A stretch of DNA of 64,000 bases from Octopus vulgaris (lineage: Eukaryota): contig OX597817.1 of the NCBI GenBank assembly GCA_951406725.2, positions 84,258,001 to 84,322,000 of the forward strand. Reading direction: 5' to 3'. The notes beneath the pieces are model-generated. The model was not told where the DNA came from. It ran no database searches and saw only the letters and a list, made by a program, of their open reading frames with translations. The position numbers and the translations under genes were made by a program. Within the stretch, counting starts at the first letter, position 1; every line of letters starts with the position of its first letter. Positions 1 to 13,077 of this stretch are shown piece by piece.

Positions 1-90
1 AGGAATTATTTCCAGTTCCCATTCCCATTACACTGTTTCATGTCCTATCCTGTTCCTTGTTCAGTTCCTGTTTTCGTTTCCAGTCCCATT

Positions 91-215
91 CTTAAGCTCA
101 GTAATTATTCTATCGGTCCCTTTTGCCGCACCACTAAGTTACGTGGACGTAAACACACCAATATTGGTTGTCAAGTGATGGTGGCGGAACAGACACAGAC
201 ACACAAGTACACGCA
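91..215 (-). mobile_element. SINE family B, 3' half (the 5' half is at 4743-4912)
   Basis: Matches the 3' half of the complete copy at 63285-63640 (ttattctatcggt...ctaagttacg.ggacgtaaacacacca...gtcaagtgatggtgg). Confidence 0.8.
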
Positions 216-239
216 CGCGCACACACACACACACATGTG

Positions 240-338
<99 letters not shown>

Positions 339-348
339 TATATATATA

Positions 349-3300
349 TGAAAGAATGGAGTTGAACGACGAATTAACAAAATTCCTTTATTTTCGACAT
401 ATGTTTCGAAGGCTGCATATTCCTAATTTCGAAGGAATAAGGGGTGCATTATGCCGCCTTCTCATCAGGAAAAACAAGGAACTTATGTCAGCATCAAGAT
501 GCACAAAAACTTTTAGATGACTGCCTACACGGAGCCCATAGCGATAATGAGTGTTTCTTTAAAATATTCCGTTATAAGCAGTGACGTCAAAAATGGTTGA
601 ATGTAGAAGATTCTAGAAGGTTCAAGGATTCAAACAAGGTTGGAGGAGAGAGGCCTAAGAAAAGGAAGGTGATAGGTGCAGGTCATATGAATGGTGATTT
701 TGTTGTTTTCTTTTGTGAATGAGTGCCTATGTGTGTGTATGTATATAACTGCATTGATGTCTATGTGTGTGTATGTGTGTGCGTGATTGTGTGTGTGGTT
801 GGGTAGATTCCAAAAACAGACAGTGGTGAAGTGACAGGTTTGTGTCTGTGTGTTTGATTGTGCTTACGATAGAGAGAGGGAAAGAGAGAGAGAGGAGGGT
901 GAGGTAGAGATACAAAGGTAAAACATACCTCAATGGATTGGGTAGTAGTTCTTTAAGGGTATAAAAATTTGACTATGGGGGTGATATATAAATGGGACTA
1001 TATTATTAAAATTCAAGGAGGTTATCTATATTAATCATTATTCATATGAGTGAAAGGTGTGTTTTTGCCAGTGCATGCATCTATAGGATTTCTCGATCAT
1101 TGTATTTATTAAAGGGACTTTGGCGTACAATATATAGAAAAGTTCGGAATTACAGATGCCACAAAATTTCTGCCCTTATCAAACGGAAAGGATACAGACA
1201 ATATGGACCATTGCAGCTTGAAAGTTGTATTGCTGTCCTTAAGACGCCAAACTAATTTACTTAGTCCTGTGCTGTGTTGTTTTCTCTTATCTCGGAAAGT
1301 TGAATAATGATTGGAGATCCTGTGGGCTAATTTAGAAGTAGTTGCCCCAATGTAGAAGAAGACATCGGTACCGGAAGAAATTTTGCACTGGTAAATGGAA
1401 TTTCTAATTTTGGAATTGCTGGATGATAAGAACTTTAATCTGTTAGGGTTTACCTCCGAGACTAAGACGGAGTTTTTATTGTTATGATAAAACTATCACC
1501 GATAATTTAGTTAAAAATATATCCTTAAGACTATCAAATTTATCTGCTAATGTCGACATCTTTAACCAAAAATCGGAATTATTGCTAGCATTGACCACAA
1601 TACTATTCCTATTATTATCATTACTATTGTACTATCGTCGGCAATTTCCCTGACTATAGGAATGCTGGGTTTGTTATCATCAATACTACCACTGTTATTA
1701 GAAACGCTGTCGTTATTACCATTAACACTACCACTGTTAATAATCCGACTAATATTATTATTAATATTACTATTGTTAATGCCAACGCTGCTATGAATGT
1801 TGCCATTATCAATACTATTTCTATTATTATAATTATTGTATGTTTGATTGGAATTGGTAAGGGCAGTGTCGCTACTCCCGGGTGATGAATCCTTATTTAG
1901 CAGCTTGTTATTATGGGAAGCAATGATCTGCGATAGATTTCTAGTGTTGGAGAATATAATCCTTAACTTATGCGAATTGATAGTAGAGTAATACCTAGAA
2001 TTCCTGGGAAAGTTCCTAGCTACGGCTTCACGGAACTGTAAAGGGAGGTTAGACCCGATTTGTTTCCCGAAAGGAATGACAAACCAGATATAGTTTTTTT
2101 TTTACTTAGAATAGTTCAGAGTGTTACAATTTACATTAAAGGGAGTATTTCTGTGTTGGAGAATTGGTGTTGGTTTCCGATTGCCTCCCCTGGTCCGTAA
2201 ATTATTTTTGTTAAGTATAGTGGTGTCGACGTTGTTAGAGCCGAAATCATTATTTACATTATTTCTATTGTTATTAGTTTTCATATCCTGAGAAACATAT
2301 ATCGGTTTAGAATGGGCCGTGTCGATATATGATATCTTATCTCTATAACCGGCTTTTGACAAGGCGGCGTTATAAAATTCCGCTTTTTGGTTAAAGATGT
2401 CGACATTAGCAGATAAATTTGATATTCTTAAGGATATATTTTTAACTAATTTATCGGTGATAGTTTTGGCATGGTTACTGAAAATGCTGATATATTTAAG
2501 ATTAGTAGAAGGCTTATGATAAGGGAAGTAAGAATTATTCTGCAGATTTAGGGTAACATCTACGAAGTTGGCTTTAGTTAATTCGTCGTCGAAAACTATG
2601 CTCAAGCCCATTCTGCTAAAAAATCTAGCTAATCTGTTTTTAGTCTTCTGTATTATATTGTTCGGAGCATTCTGTAGGTAAAGTAGACAATCGTCTCGAT
2701 ACAGACCGCCGCAGATGTCCGGGAACTGGTCGGCCAATTCATAGAGAATATAGATTCCGACCAAATCGGCTATCTGGGTGCTATCTGTACTTCCCATTAG
2801 CACATCGAACGCGTTGGGGGTATCCCTGCGGACCCATAACTTTTCATCGAACTGTATGAAGGATTTTCTAGCCGCTAAAATTACATTGAGAGGCCTGCCT
2901 TATTATGTGCGTGCCATAGGGCCTTATTGAGTACACTAGGGTTGATTGATCGAAGGGTAGAAACTAGATATATCGAATTGAATGAATTTTGTGCTGTCCT
3001 TATTAGTAATAGAAGAAAACCACTCTACGACTTGAGTGGAGTTAGACCATAGGCTGAGTTTTAACTTATTGATTAATATAGGTATGTATTTATCTAAAAT
3101 GTACTCACTAAGGGTATCGATGTCGGAACTAGAGGGGCATATGAGCCTTAATGCCGGGATGGTATGAAAGTTTGGTTTATGGTCCTTAACGATGAATCTT
3201 GGTTGTCTGGGGTTCAGCGGTTGTGTTTTCATTTGAAATCCATACGTTTCCATGATTTTCTAAGTTGGCTTGTCTGAGTGTATTCCTATTTGTTGTTCTG

Positions 3301-3451
3301 TAATTCTTATGTATTTCTTTCTTGAGCATTTCTAAATACTGGTTCTTTGCTAGCTTATATGTGTTCCTGGTTTTATCCGATTGGACCAGGATAGCGTCTA
3401 AACTGTTCATATCTTTGCTGACTTTGTTGAGGTATTTTAGGTGTTTATTCC
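349..3451 (-). mobile_element. Penelope-like retroelement, Naiad-type, decayed (RT + C-terminal GIY-YIG endonuclease, 3' region with hammerhead)
   Basis: Minus-strand pieces: SDKTRNTY, KDHKPNF..LRLICP, FIQFDISSFYPSI, MGSTDSTQIADLVG, GLYRDD, YIWFVIPF..IIASHNNKLL, then SIYQCKI..FYIGAT..STGLSKLVWRLKD..WSIL at about 1400-1050. Several frameshifts. (TA)n on both sides. Confidence 0.85.
391..473 (-). ncRNA. Type I hammerhead ribozyme motif, intact core
   Basis: Minus strand: TTTTC CTGATGA GAAGGC..GCCTTC GAAA CATATG TC GAAAA (stem I 5 bp, stem II 6 bp plus extension, palindromic stem III, GUC site). Confidence 0.9.
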
Positions 3452-3504
3452 TATATATATATATTTATTCCTATATATATATATATACATATATATATAA
3501 TTTA

Positions 3505-3594
3505 ACCTGAAGATTGACTGTAACCATAACTCGAATTATTAATTGAATTTAAATTATTGTTATTCGAATTGTACAGCCATGAAACGGTCGTAGT
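3505..3594 (+). ncRNA. Type I hammerhead motif, long stem II, stem I truncated
   Basis: AC CTGAAGA T TGACTGTA..TACAGCCA T GAAA CGGTCG TA GT. Only 2 bp of stem I remain beside the (TA)n. Confidence 0.65.
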
Positions 3595-3731
3595 GTTTTA
3601 CTCTTTATCTTTTACTAAACTTAATACTTTTGATATATATTTAAAATAATATAAATTAAATTAATTTTATGTATTGGCTTTTTTAATTGTTTGATTTGCA
3701 TAATAGTGGTTTTATCTCTAATTTAATATAA

Positions 3732-3774
<43 letters not shown>

Positions 3775-3800
3775 ATATATATAGACATATATATATATAT

Positions 3801-4015
<215 letters not shown>

Positions 4016-4020
4016 CATAT

Positions 4021-4305
4021 AATAATAAATATTAGGGAATAAATCCAAAATTACAGGGAAAAAATCAGATTTAGGATTAAATCCAATTTTATAGTAAAAT
4101 ATTATATAATATTAATTCGAGATAAAACCACTTCATAAATTAAAACTGAATAGAAGATCGGAAATCCACCTGACGAATGTCATTTGAAGACATGAAACAA
4201 TTGTAGTGGCGATTTATTTACTTTATATTAAAATTTTTTATGTATTGATTAAGTCTTTCCTTGTTTGATTTGCAAAATAGTGGTTTTGTCTCGAATTAAT
4301 TTATA
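4021..4305 (+). mobile_element. Short pLTR-like module (inverted partial tail + hammerhead + AT-rich tail) within (TA)n
   Basis: 4110-4132 (attaattcgagataaaaccact) is an inverted match to the tail at 4279-4299. The tail is shared with 3665-3730. Confidence 0.65.
4166..4209 (+). ncRNA. Minimal type I hammerhead ribozyme motif, intact core
   Basis: CCAC CTGACGA ATGTC atttgaa GACAT GAAA CAATTG TA GTGG. Confidence 0.9.
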
Positions 4306-4362
4306 TATATACATATATATATATATATACATATATATACATATACATATATATATATACCC

Positions 4363-4395
<33 letters not shown>

Positions 4396-4524
4396 CTCAT
4401 ATATATATATACATATATATATATACATATATATATACATATATATATATGCATATATATATACATATATATATATATGCATATATATATATATACATAT
4501 ATATATACATATATATATAATTAC

Positions 4525-4555
<31 letters not shown>

Positions 4556-4626
4556 CATATACATATATACATATATACATATATATATATACATATATAT
4601 ATACATACATATATACATATATATAT

Positions 4627-4912
<286 letters not shown>

Positions 4913-4975
4913 CAATATATAAATTATAGAATCAGGTGTAATTAAGCCATTAATTATTTTATTAACCTTTATAGT

Positions 4976-5315
4976 AATAGTTTATTGCTAAAAATCGGTA
5001 TTACAAACTATTAATACGACTAGTGGGTCAATAAGAGATGTTGCTCTATTATTTTAATAAGCGAATATGCATCTGAGTAAAATAAATGAGTTGACCGGTA
5101 ATACCGGGAAAGCGGGGATTATCCCTAGTTCAAGTTTACCATAACACTCTTCCATGTCCTGTTCCGTTTCCTGTTCAGTTCCTGTCTTTATGCCCAATAG
5201 CAATAGTTTATTGCTAAAAATAGGTATTATAAACTATTAATTCGATTAGTGGGTAAATAAGAAATGTCCTTATATTATTTTAACAAACGCATATGCATCT
5301 GAGCAAAATAAATTA
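4976..5315. repeat. Old tandem duplication (about 225-bp period) with a Helitron-3'-like end at 5095-5128
   Basis: 4976-5088 resembles 5202-5313, and 5115-5190 resembles 1-75. ccggtaataccgg hairpin then ..ccCTAGt. Confidence 0.55.
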
Positions 5316-5846
5316 GATAGATAGATTTACAAATACATTGACAAATAGTTCGCATATTGTAGCTGGCGTTGTCGCGTGTCGTAGCTTATCTTAGTTGATT
5401 TGTAAACATGTGCTACAGCCCCACTCCCTAGGGAAACCATTATAGATTTTTATCGATATCCAATTTGCCTATAATTTAACTAGATGTTAGGAACAAATAA
5501 ATAGCAAAATCGTATTTATCGTGGGAAATTATTTCAATATACCAAATTTGAAAATGTTGACGTAATTTTAAAATCTAACAATAAGTGACAGCAACAGGGA
5601 AGGCCCTACGAAAGTAGAGACAGACAGTTATAGGACGTGACACACACACACACACACAAACACACACATTTACAAACGTACACACAGGTAATCACGTATT
5701 TAAAATGGCGTATAGTAGACATGTGTATGTATGTACGTTTGTATGCATGTGTGTGTCTGTGTGTGTGAGTGCTTTTTTGCGATGGACAGCAGAAAAGTCA
5801 CCTACCTCCTCCTTAAAGCTACGTATTCTTCACACACCACCTTTTT

Positions 5847-5891
<45 letters not shown>

Positions 5892-6033
5892 CGTGTGTGC
5901 GTGTGTGCGTGTGTGTGTGTGTGTGTTGTATCTATGTATTTACGAAAGTATGTATGCAGCGTCGCGTGTATATGGCAGATTTATTAATATTACCATTCCA
6001 TTCCACTGCTGTTCTCACCTTCACTGACATAAG

Positions 6034-6072
<39 letters not shown>

Positions 6073-6269
6073 GTTACTACCGCTGATTTATACTTTTTGC
6101 AACCTCCTCATTTTTTATCATATAATTCGCCCAATGCCCATGGGGGCACATTATAGATTTTTATTGAAATACAATAGGCTTATTATTGAACTGGATGTTA
6201 GCGTCAAATATATGCAAAGTTTCGTGAATTTTGGTTCGGTGGTTTAGGCATAAGTTGGTAATAGACAGA

Positions 6270-6473
6270 CAGAAATTGTCATGAATTGTTAGCGATTTTT
6301 TTTCTTCCGTCTCCTTCTCTCTTGGACTTTCTTCTGTCTCCTGTAATAAAGAAGAGTTTTCTTCGAAACGTAAAGCACTCTTTCTTTTCTTCCTTGAGCG
6401 TCATTTATTACTTTGCATGTCCCACGTCCTCGCGTTCTTGTCTTATTTTGTGTTTTTTCTTGCTTTTTTCATT

Positions 6474-6475
<2 letters not shown>
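6270..6475 (+). mobile_element. Decayed copy of the hammerhead-bearing module at 27255-27460
   Basis: Shared ttcttccgtct..cttgga..cgaaacgt..gagcgtc..cacgtcctcgcgtt. The core is decayed. Confidence 0.7.
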
Positions 6476-6526
<51 letters not shown>

Positions 6527-6597
6527 CATATGTATATATATGTGGGGGGTCTATACATACACATATATACACGCATATATATGAATACATATTTGCC

Positions 6598-6820
6598 TGT
6601 GTCTTTCAACCTGTGTTTATCCCCCCGCCACCGCTTGATAATCAATCTTGGTGTGTTTACGTCACTGTACATTAGCGGTTCAGCAAAAGAGAGCGATAGG
6701 TTAAGTACTAGGCTTACAAAGAATATGTTCTGAAGTGGATTTGTTCGACTAAATCCCTTTAAGAGGGTGCTCCAGCATGGCCGCAGTCATCTGACTGAAA
6801 CAAGTAAAAGACTAAAAGAA
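6598..6820 (+). mobile_element. SINE family B, 3' half
   Basis: ggtgtgtttacgtc..tagcggttc.gcaaaagag..gtgctccagcatggccgcagtca..tgactgaaacaagtaaaa. Confidence 0.8.
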
Positions 6821-6909
6821 TGCATGCATACATACATACATACATACATACATACATACATACATACATACATACATACATACATACATACATACATACA
6901 TACATACAT

Positions 6910-7512
6910 GCCTACGTACAAAAGACTGAAGACATTGGTCACATTATTGCCAACTGCGAGAATGTCGTCCAGATATTATCTTCCCATCAGGCCTTAATTT
7001 GGTGGCCAGAACGGTCTGCCACAGGATTAGAAAAATGAAAATACCTACGAATGAAGGTGACTGTATAGAGATTAATGGGTCAAAAGAATATTAGTGGAAC
7101 ATAAAAATTAAAACAGCCACCAACTTAAAACACAACTAGCCGGATATCGTTGTGGAAATCAACTGCCCTCTAGATACGAATGTGGTTAGAAAAATACAAG
7201 AGAAAGAGAACCATTGATAAGGACTTTGTAAATTCAGTACCTAAGATACACTTTCAGTTTCATACCTATTATTATCGGACCAGCCCGTGTGGAGCAAAGT
7301 ATGACTGAACTTGGGAACTTAGGGAAAGGATGCAAATCCTTAATTCATATGCCACAAATAATTACGATATCTGGGACTATAAAAATTTGTAAGACCTTCC
7401 TATGATTTTAAGGATGATGGTTAAAAGAGGATACTTTCCCTCACAACCTTGCTACGAAGTAGGTGGCCGGTCAAAATTTGTTCTTAATTTAACATTTAAA
7501 AGAGAAAGAGAA
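6910..7512 (+). mobile_element. R4/Dong-type RLE LINE, 3' fragment
   Basis: EDIGHIIANC..MSSRYYLPIR, xPDIV, VEINCP, KICKTF, homologous to 11733-12671. Preceded by (TACA)n and ends in ACATACATA. Confidence 0.8.
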
Positions 7513-9289
7513 CATACATATATGTACAAACCAGCATGTGTCACAGTATGGTCTTTTAAATATTTCGATTTCAAGATCCGTAGTTTGCGATTTTTTTTCT
7601 CTTCTTTTAGAGCAATATTTTGGTTAGATGGGATTCAGATGTTTATCAGTGTGAATGTAGTTTTCTGTCCATTACTTCATTATGATATTACGACAGTTTA
7701 CCTTGGTTTCTTTGTTAGTTAGTTTAGACAGGCATATCTTAGACGATTGTGTTTAAGTCGCTGTCATGTACTATATTTGCACCTAAATTAAAATTGTTAT
7801 CTTGAACAATTGTGATGATCCCTTCGCTATACGATAAGAATGTTTTGAGCCGGAGTCGAACTGATTGTTTTGTATAACTAGTTGTTGTTGTTTCCATAGC
7901 AGATTCATTGCTATATAGTGAGGATCTCTTGTTGAAGGCAAAGTTAGTATTTCGGTTCTTATTTACTCTTTTCCTTTTGGGGATTGCATTTCTCTCTTTC
8001 TTTCTCTCTCTCTTCCCTTTTCTCTCTCCCTCTTTCCTCATTATCCTTCGTTGATTTCAACAAGGATTGAAAAGTATTTCTTATATTTTCTAACTTTCTA
8101 AACAGGGTCGTTTTCTATGCTGTTTTTTGGGGAGGTGGGGATTAGATATTTCTATATACTTAGTTGTGAATGAATACAAGCTTTCCTTTCTGACTACCGT
8201 GGTTATTGCAGTGATTCCTTTTGGTACCATTGGTATTTATATTTGTTTTCAATCAATCTATATTTACGAAGGTCATATTTTATATTTCCGTACTTCATGG
8301 TTAAGTTTTATCTTTAGGAGTGTCTTTCATTGTTTATCGGAAGATCTGTCGACTTTTTGTTATTTCTACTTTTATATTTTTTGTCAAATCCAGAATGTCT
8401 GGCTTTAAAGTTTTCTAATATTACATCTTTCTTATATTCATGTTTATAGTTATATTTATTTGAGTTGTTTTCATTCGGATTTCATAGGTTAATATTCTGA
8501 ATCTACATTACTCTTTGATTTTGTTATGCTTATCCTTCTGCTGTACATCGACCGATCTCCCTGAATTAATTTCTCAATAAGATCGACTTGACACATGCAG
8601 CAATGTTGTATAATATAAATATTTTATTTCTCGTTGATTGTTTCTTGTTTACGTTTATATTTTAGTTATGTATTCCTTTTTTCTCGAGTTTTCTATTTAT
8701 TACTATCTTTTTCAGCTTTGAGATTGTATCTGTTTAAATTAGGTAGAATTATGGGATCTAAGTTACTTTCATATTAAAGTTACTTCCTCTTCAAACATTG
8801 TGCGTGGATGATGACGTAGTCTCCGTTTTTGGTAAAGCATTCCTGCCATGACCTTCCCGAACATTCACATATCAAGACTACATTATCAAGGCGTCGCTTC
8901 TTGTTTAAAACGGCTTAATTTGATTTGACGGAGATTTCACTACTATTTCTAACTGATCAGTTCACTGTAATATGTAGTATAAAAACATATCTTTTCATGC
9001 TTTTCTCTTTTATTTTTTTACACTCCTTTTCCGTAATTTTTAATTATTAAATTCCAAATATGGGTGGATGGTATGATTTACTTTTGTATTGCTTCTCATT
9101 TATAGGAATAGGAAAAACTAAACGAAAGTGACTTGACTTGTTTTCTATTTCTCTGTTTAGATTTGGTTGTTTGTGGATGATTAACACAAATATTTGAAAT
9201 ATATAATTATTACATATGACCAAAAAAAAAATGAATGACATTTCAATAATTAGTTAATCAAAAATTCATTGTTTAGAGAGGCCGTAGAT

Positions 9290-9830
9290 GCACATCAAGA
9301 GATGTGGCCTTACCCTCCATTTTTCCTGAATATCATCAAACCTCAAGTTTTAATCATCTTTGTCGCTATCTCTTTTCTGATGGTCTTCTTTTTCCTCCTT
9401 TTCCGGGGATTTCTCCGTGCATAATTATATTCGCTGAAAGTATGGTGTCATGTTGACCTGTTACGTGACCAAAACACTTCATTTTCTCCATTTTGACAGC
9501 TGATAGGAGAGTTTCGTGCGCTGCATATTTCTCAATAATTTCACACGTAATTCAATGCATTATTTATATGAATATACTTGAGAAGGTTCCTCATTTGTTC
9601 TTAAAATTTATTCAATATTTTCTTCATGGTTATTTCATGACGTTAATAGATGCTTTTCGGAGAAGTTATGTTGCAATATTTGTTGCTATTTGTACTCATT
9701 TTTTCATCCGTATAGCTAATTTCTTTATTTCCGAAGTTGCTGCTTCCTCGTGTCCATTTCTCATTTCCAGTAATATTTATTCGAAATATTATTTCTTGTC
9801 TGTGGTTTAGCAATAGTGGAGATAGTAGGA
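9290..9830 (-). mobile_element. Decayed RTE-type LINE fragment
   Basis: Minus strand reads CFGHVT..IIMHGEIPGKGGKRRP, an RTE C-terminal-like motif. Heavily disrupted. Confidence 0.5.
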
Positions 9831-10236
9831 TGGTAGTGCTTTCAAACTGGCGACCATTTGAACAGACGTTGAATGAATGGTAACTTTGTTACATGTTGGA
9901 TTATGTGGAAGTAGCTAACAGAGACGGAGCACTAACCTTCTTAAGTGGTTCTAATTTTCTGACAAGCACCCTTTGGATTTCCCCAACGTCAAATTATACT
10001 TTTTTCTATGAGTTATCTGGTAGAGATAGTGGTAAGTTATCTACAGTTGAGGATAATTTGGCTTAGAGGTAACAAATTCATGTGGTCTGTATGGTCGTCT
10101 TAGTCAAGACGAATAGATAATACCCAGAGTATTGGAAGCTGAAAGCGTTCTTCTTAACATGGAAAGATTCATGTGTATCGATTAGCAAATTAAATATGCA
10201 GGGATTGACGGGGACTAGTGCAATTAAGTCGCACTA

Positions 10237-10955
10237 AAGGATGAAAGGCAAAGTCAACCTCGGCGGAATTTGACAGACGAAATACCTATTTCGTTACAAC
10301 CCACAAGGGGCTAAATACAGAGGGGACAAACAATGACATACAAACGGATTAAGTCGATTACATCGACCTCAGTGCGCAACTGGTACTTAATTTATCGACC
10401 CCGAAAGGATGAAAGGCAAAGTCGACCTCGGCGGAATTTGAACTCAGAACGTAACGGCAGACGAAATACGGCTACGCATTTTGCCCGGTGTGTTACCGTT
10501 TCTGCCAGCTCAACGCGCCTTCTGGCAGAGAAATACCTATTTCTTTACTACCCACAAGGGGCTAAACACAGAGGGGACAAACAAGGACAGACAAACGGAT
10601 TAAGTCGATTACATCGACCCCAGTGCATAACTGGTACTTATTTAATCGACCCCGAAAGGATGAAAGGCAAAGTCGACCTCGGCAGAATTTGAACTCAGAA
10701 CGTAACGGCAGACAAAATACCTATTTCTTTACTACCCACAAGGGGCTAAACACAGAGGGGACAAACAAGGACAGACAAATGGATTAAGTCGATTACATCG
10801 ATCCCAGTGTGTAACTGGTACTTTATTTAATTGACCCTGAAAGGATGAAAGGCAAAGTCGACCTCGGCGGAATTTGAAATCAGAACGTAGCGGCAGACGA
10901 AATACCGCAAAGCATTTCGCCCGGCGTGCTAACGATTCTGCCAGCTCGCGGCCTT
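10237..10955 (-). mobile_element. Tandem multimer of tRNA-derived SINE family A
   Basis: Four units of aaaggatgaaaggcaaagtc.acctcggc.gaatttga; two carry the head (ends near 10521 and 10955). Same family as 33289-33518. Confidence 0.9.
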
Positions 10956-11584
10956 AATAGATAAGCCATATTAATCAACAAATTATCTCGGTTTCAATGA
11001 CTGATGGATAAAAATATTACATAAGACAAAATTATGTAGACAACTTGGAATTTTCTTACCAAGATATGTTTCTAATTTGTGAAAAATACATCATCTGTGA
11101 CCGAAAGAACTGTGTTGCGTTTAGCGTTTGGGTTTTAAAGAACAGATCTGCTTCAAGCTGTATTTTCTTATTGTCCAAAGATGTTGGTCGACAAACATAA
11201 TTAGCGTTATCTGCCATTTTTTTTTTTGCTTCTTTTAGATCTTAAGCAGCCCCAGAAGAATTCGTTTCTTTTGTCAGCGCGTGTATGTGAGTGTGTGTAT
11301 GTGTGTGTTAATTTCTTGGATAACTTTGATTGGTCGAAGTTATTCTGCTAATTCTAATACATATGTAAACATCTTCTCATCCTTTGCACGAGCGTCCGTT
11401 GAAAAATATTCTCTCAGTCATATGATTCTTATAACTGTTGCCATTATTGATGTTACTTTATCTGTTACAGCTGTAAATGTTCTACATTTTATCGTTTTAT
11501 ATATTCATACATATATGCATATATATGTGTGTGTGTTGTGTGCGTGCGTGCGTGTGGATGTGTGTGTGTATGTATGTATATGTA

Positions 11585-12990
11585 TGTCGTTATTCAGTTT
11601 TATTTCAAGATTTCTCGCCAATAGAGAAAGAGCCGGTTTCTAACTTAGATCCAAAGCTGCTTCATTGAAATTTCAACATCAACGACAGGGTATTTTTGTT
11701 TGTATGTATGTATATGTGCAGATTTATATGTTTTATGTATATATTCTCATGCATATAGTTGCATATCTAGACATGCTCATAAAAATGATAAACTTCTGGA
11801 AAGTCTTACAGATTTTTATAGTTCCAGTGAAGAATTGGAACTGTAGTCTTCGAATTAGCTTTCTTCTTTCTGGTTTTGAGAAGCCTAATTTCTCAAGATT
11901 AGTATTTGAGCAGTGTGTTACATATCCCCGGACCCCAATAATTACATGTATAAACTTGAACTTGCAATCTGGATAGAGAAACTGCAGATTTCTCAATATT
12001 TCAGCGTTGATATTCTCTTTTTCACTGATCTTCAGTTTCATGTTAACATCCGCTGAGCAGCTAATTTCCATACCTGTACACAGTTTCTCTTCTCTATCCC
12101 AAATCATTATATCAGGTCTGTTGCACTTATATTTTATTGAGGTTTTTACTGGGACATTCCACCAGTATTCCTTTTTATTATGAGTGGCTATGGCTTCTAC
12201 CATACTGTGGATTCTTATTTCTTTGTCCTCGGGGTTATCCTTCCGACGGATTTCATTATAGAGTATCCTAGCTACAGCATCATGTCTCATCGGTAGATAA
12301 TACCGTGATGACATTTTTGCACAACTACTTATGATGTTGGTTATATTTTCAATGTTAACTATACAAAGTTTGCATCGGTTGTCACATTTCACTGCTTTTC
12401 CTGCATGTCTTTCCCTTTTGTGCTTCAGATATTTGGCTGATATTTCCTGTTCCTGGATTGCAAACGCATACCCTTCAAAGTGGGAGGCAGCAATCTGGCT
12501 ATTGGTCCATGATAGACTGCTTTGATTATCAATGTTACTATCATCTTGGAGCTTTCTACTAACATATCTATGCATAGTCTTCTGCTTATATATGCTCATC
12601 CTTTCATCTGATGATACGTTGCGGTAGAGTCGTGCGACTTCTCTGGGCATGTATTCTAGGTTATCAGACAAGGAATGTTACTCAAGGAGATGCCTTCCAA
12701 ATCTTATGATGTTATCAGCCTCATGTATGCAAACTTGGTCAAGGGATGCACTCCGACACTTAGTGGTTAAAAGATGTTGCCGAAGGGATATTCAAAGGTG
12801 ATGTTAAGCCTCTGCCACATTGTTTTTTTTTTAGGTAGGCGGTCTAACGTCAAATGTTTATGTGGAAATTATGTGTGCTTGCTAGTATTTTTCGGATTTT
12901 CACATCAATGGCTCGGATTTCATGAAGCGACCAACCAAGCAGCCCAAATGTTGCCATGAGTACTGGCACTCCAAACACATTGTGGGCCAG
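11585..12990 (-). mobile_element. R4/Dong-type non-LTR retrotransposon, 5'-truncated (Zn knuckle + restriction-like endonuclease)
   Basis: ORF 11733-12671: AIQEQEI, CKLC..ENITNIISSC, RHDAVA, RPDIMIWD..EISC..KISEKE. Upstream DRL..GRGL motif near 12800-12850. Confidence 0.9.
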
Positions 12991-13077
12991 TTTTATGTGT
13001 ATGTATGTTTGTATGTATGTATGTATGTATTGTATGTATGCATGTGTGTGTGTATGTATATATGTATGTATGTATAG

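Noticed and set aside
10237-10955. Regularly spaced repeats as a CRISPR-like array
   Set aside because: The units are whole SINE bodies without unique spacers, in a eukaryotic context.
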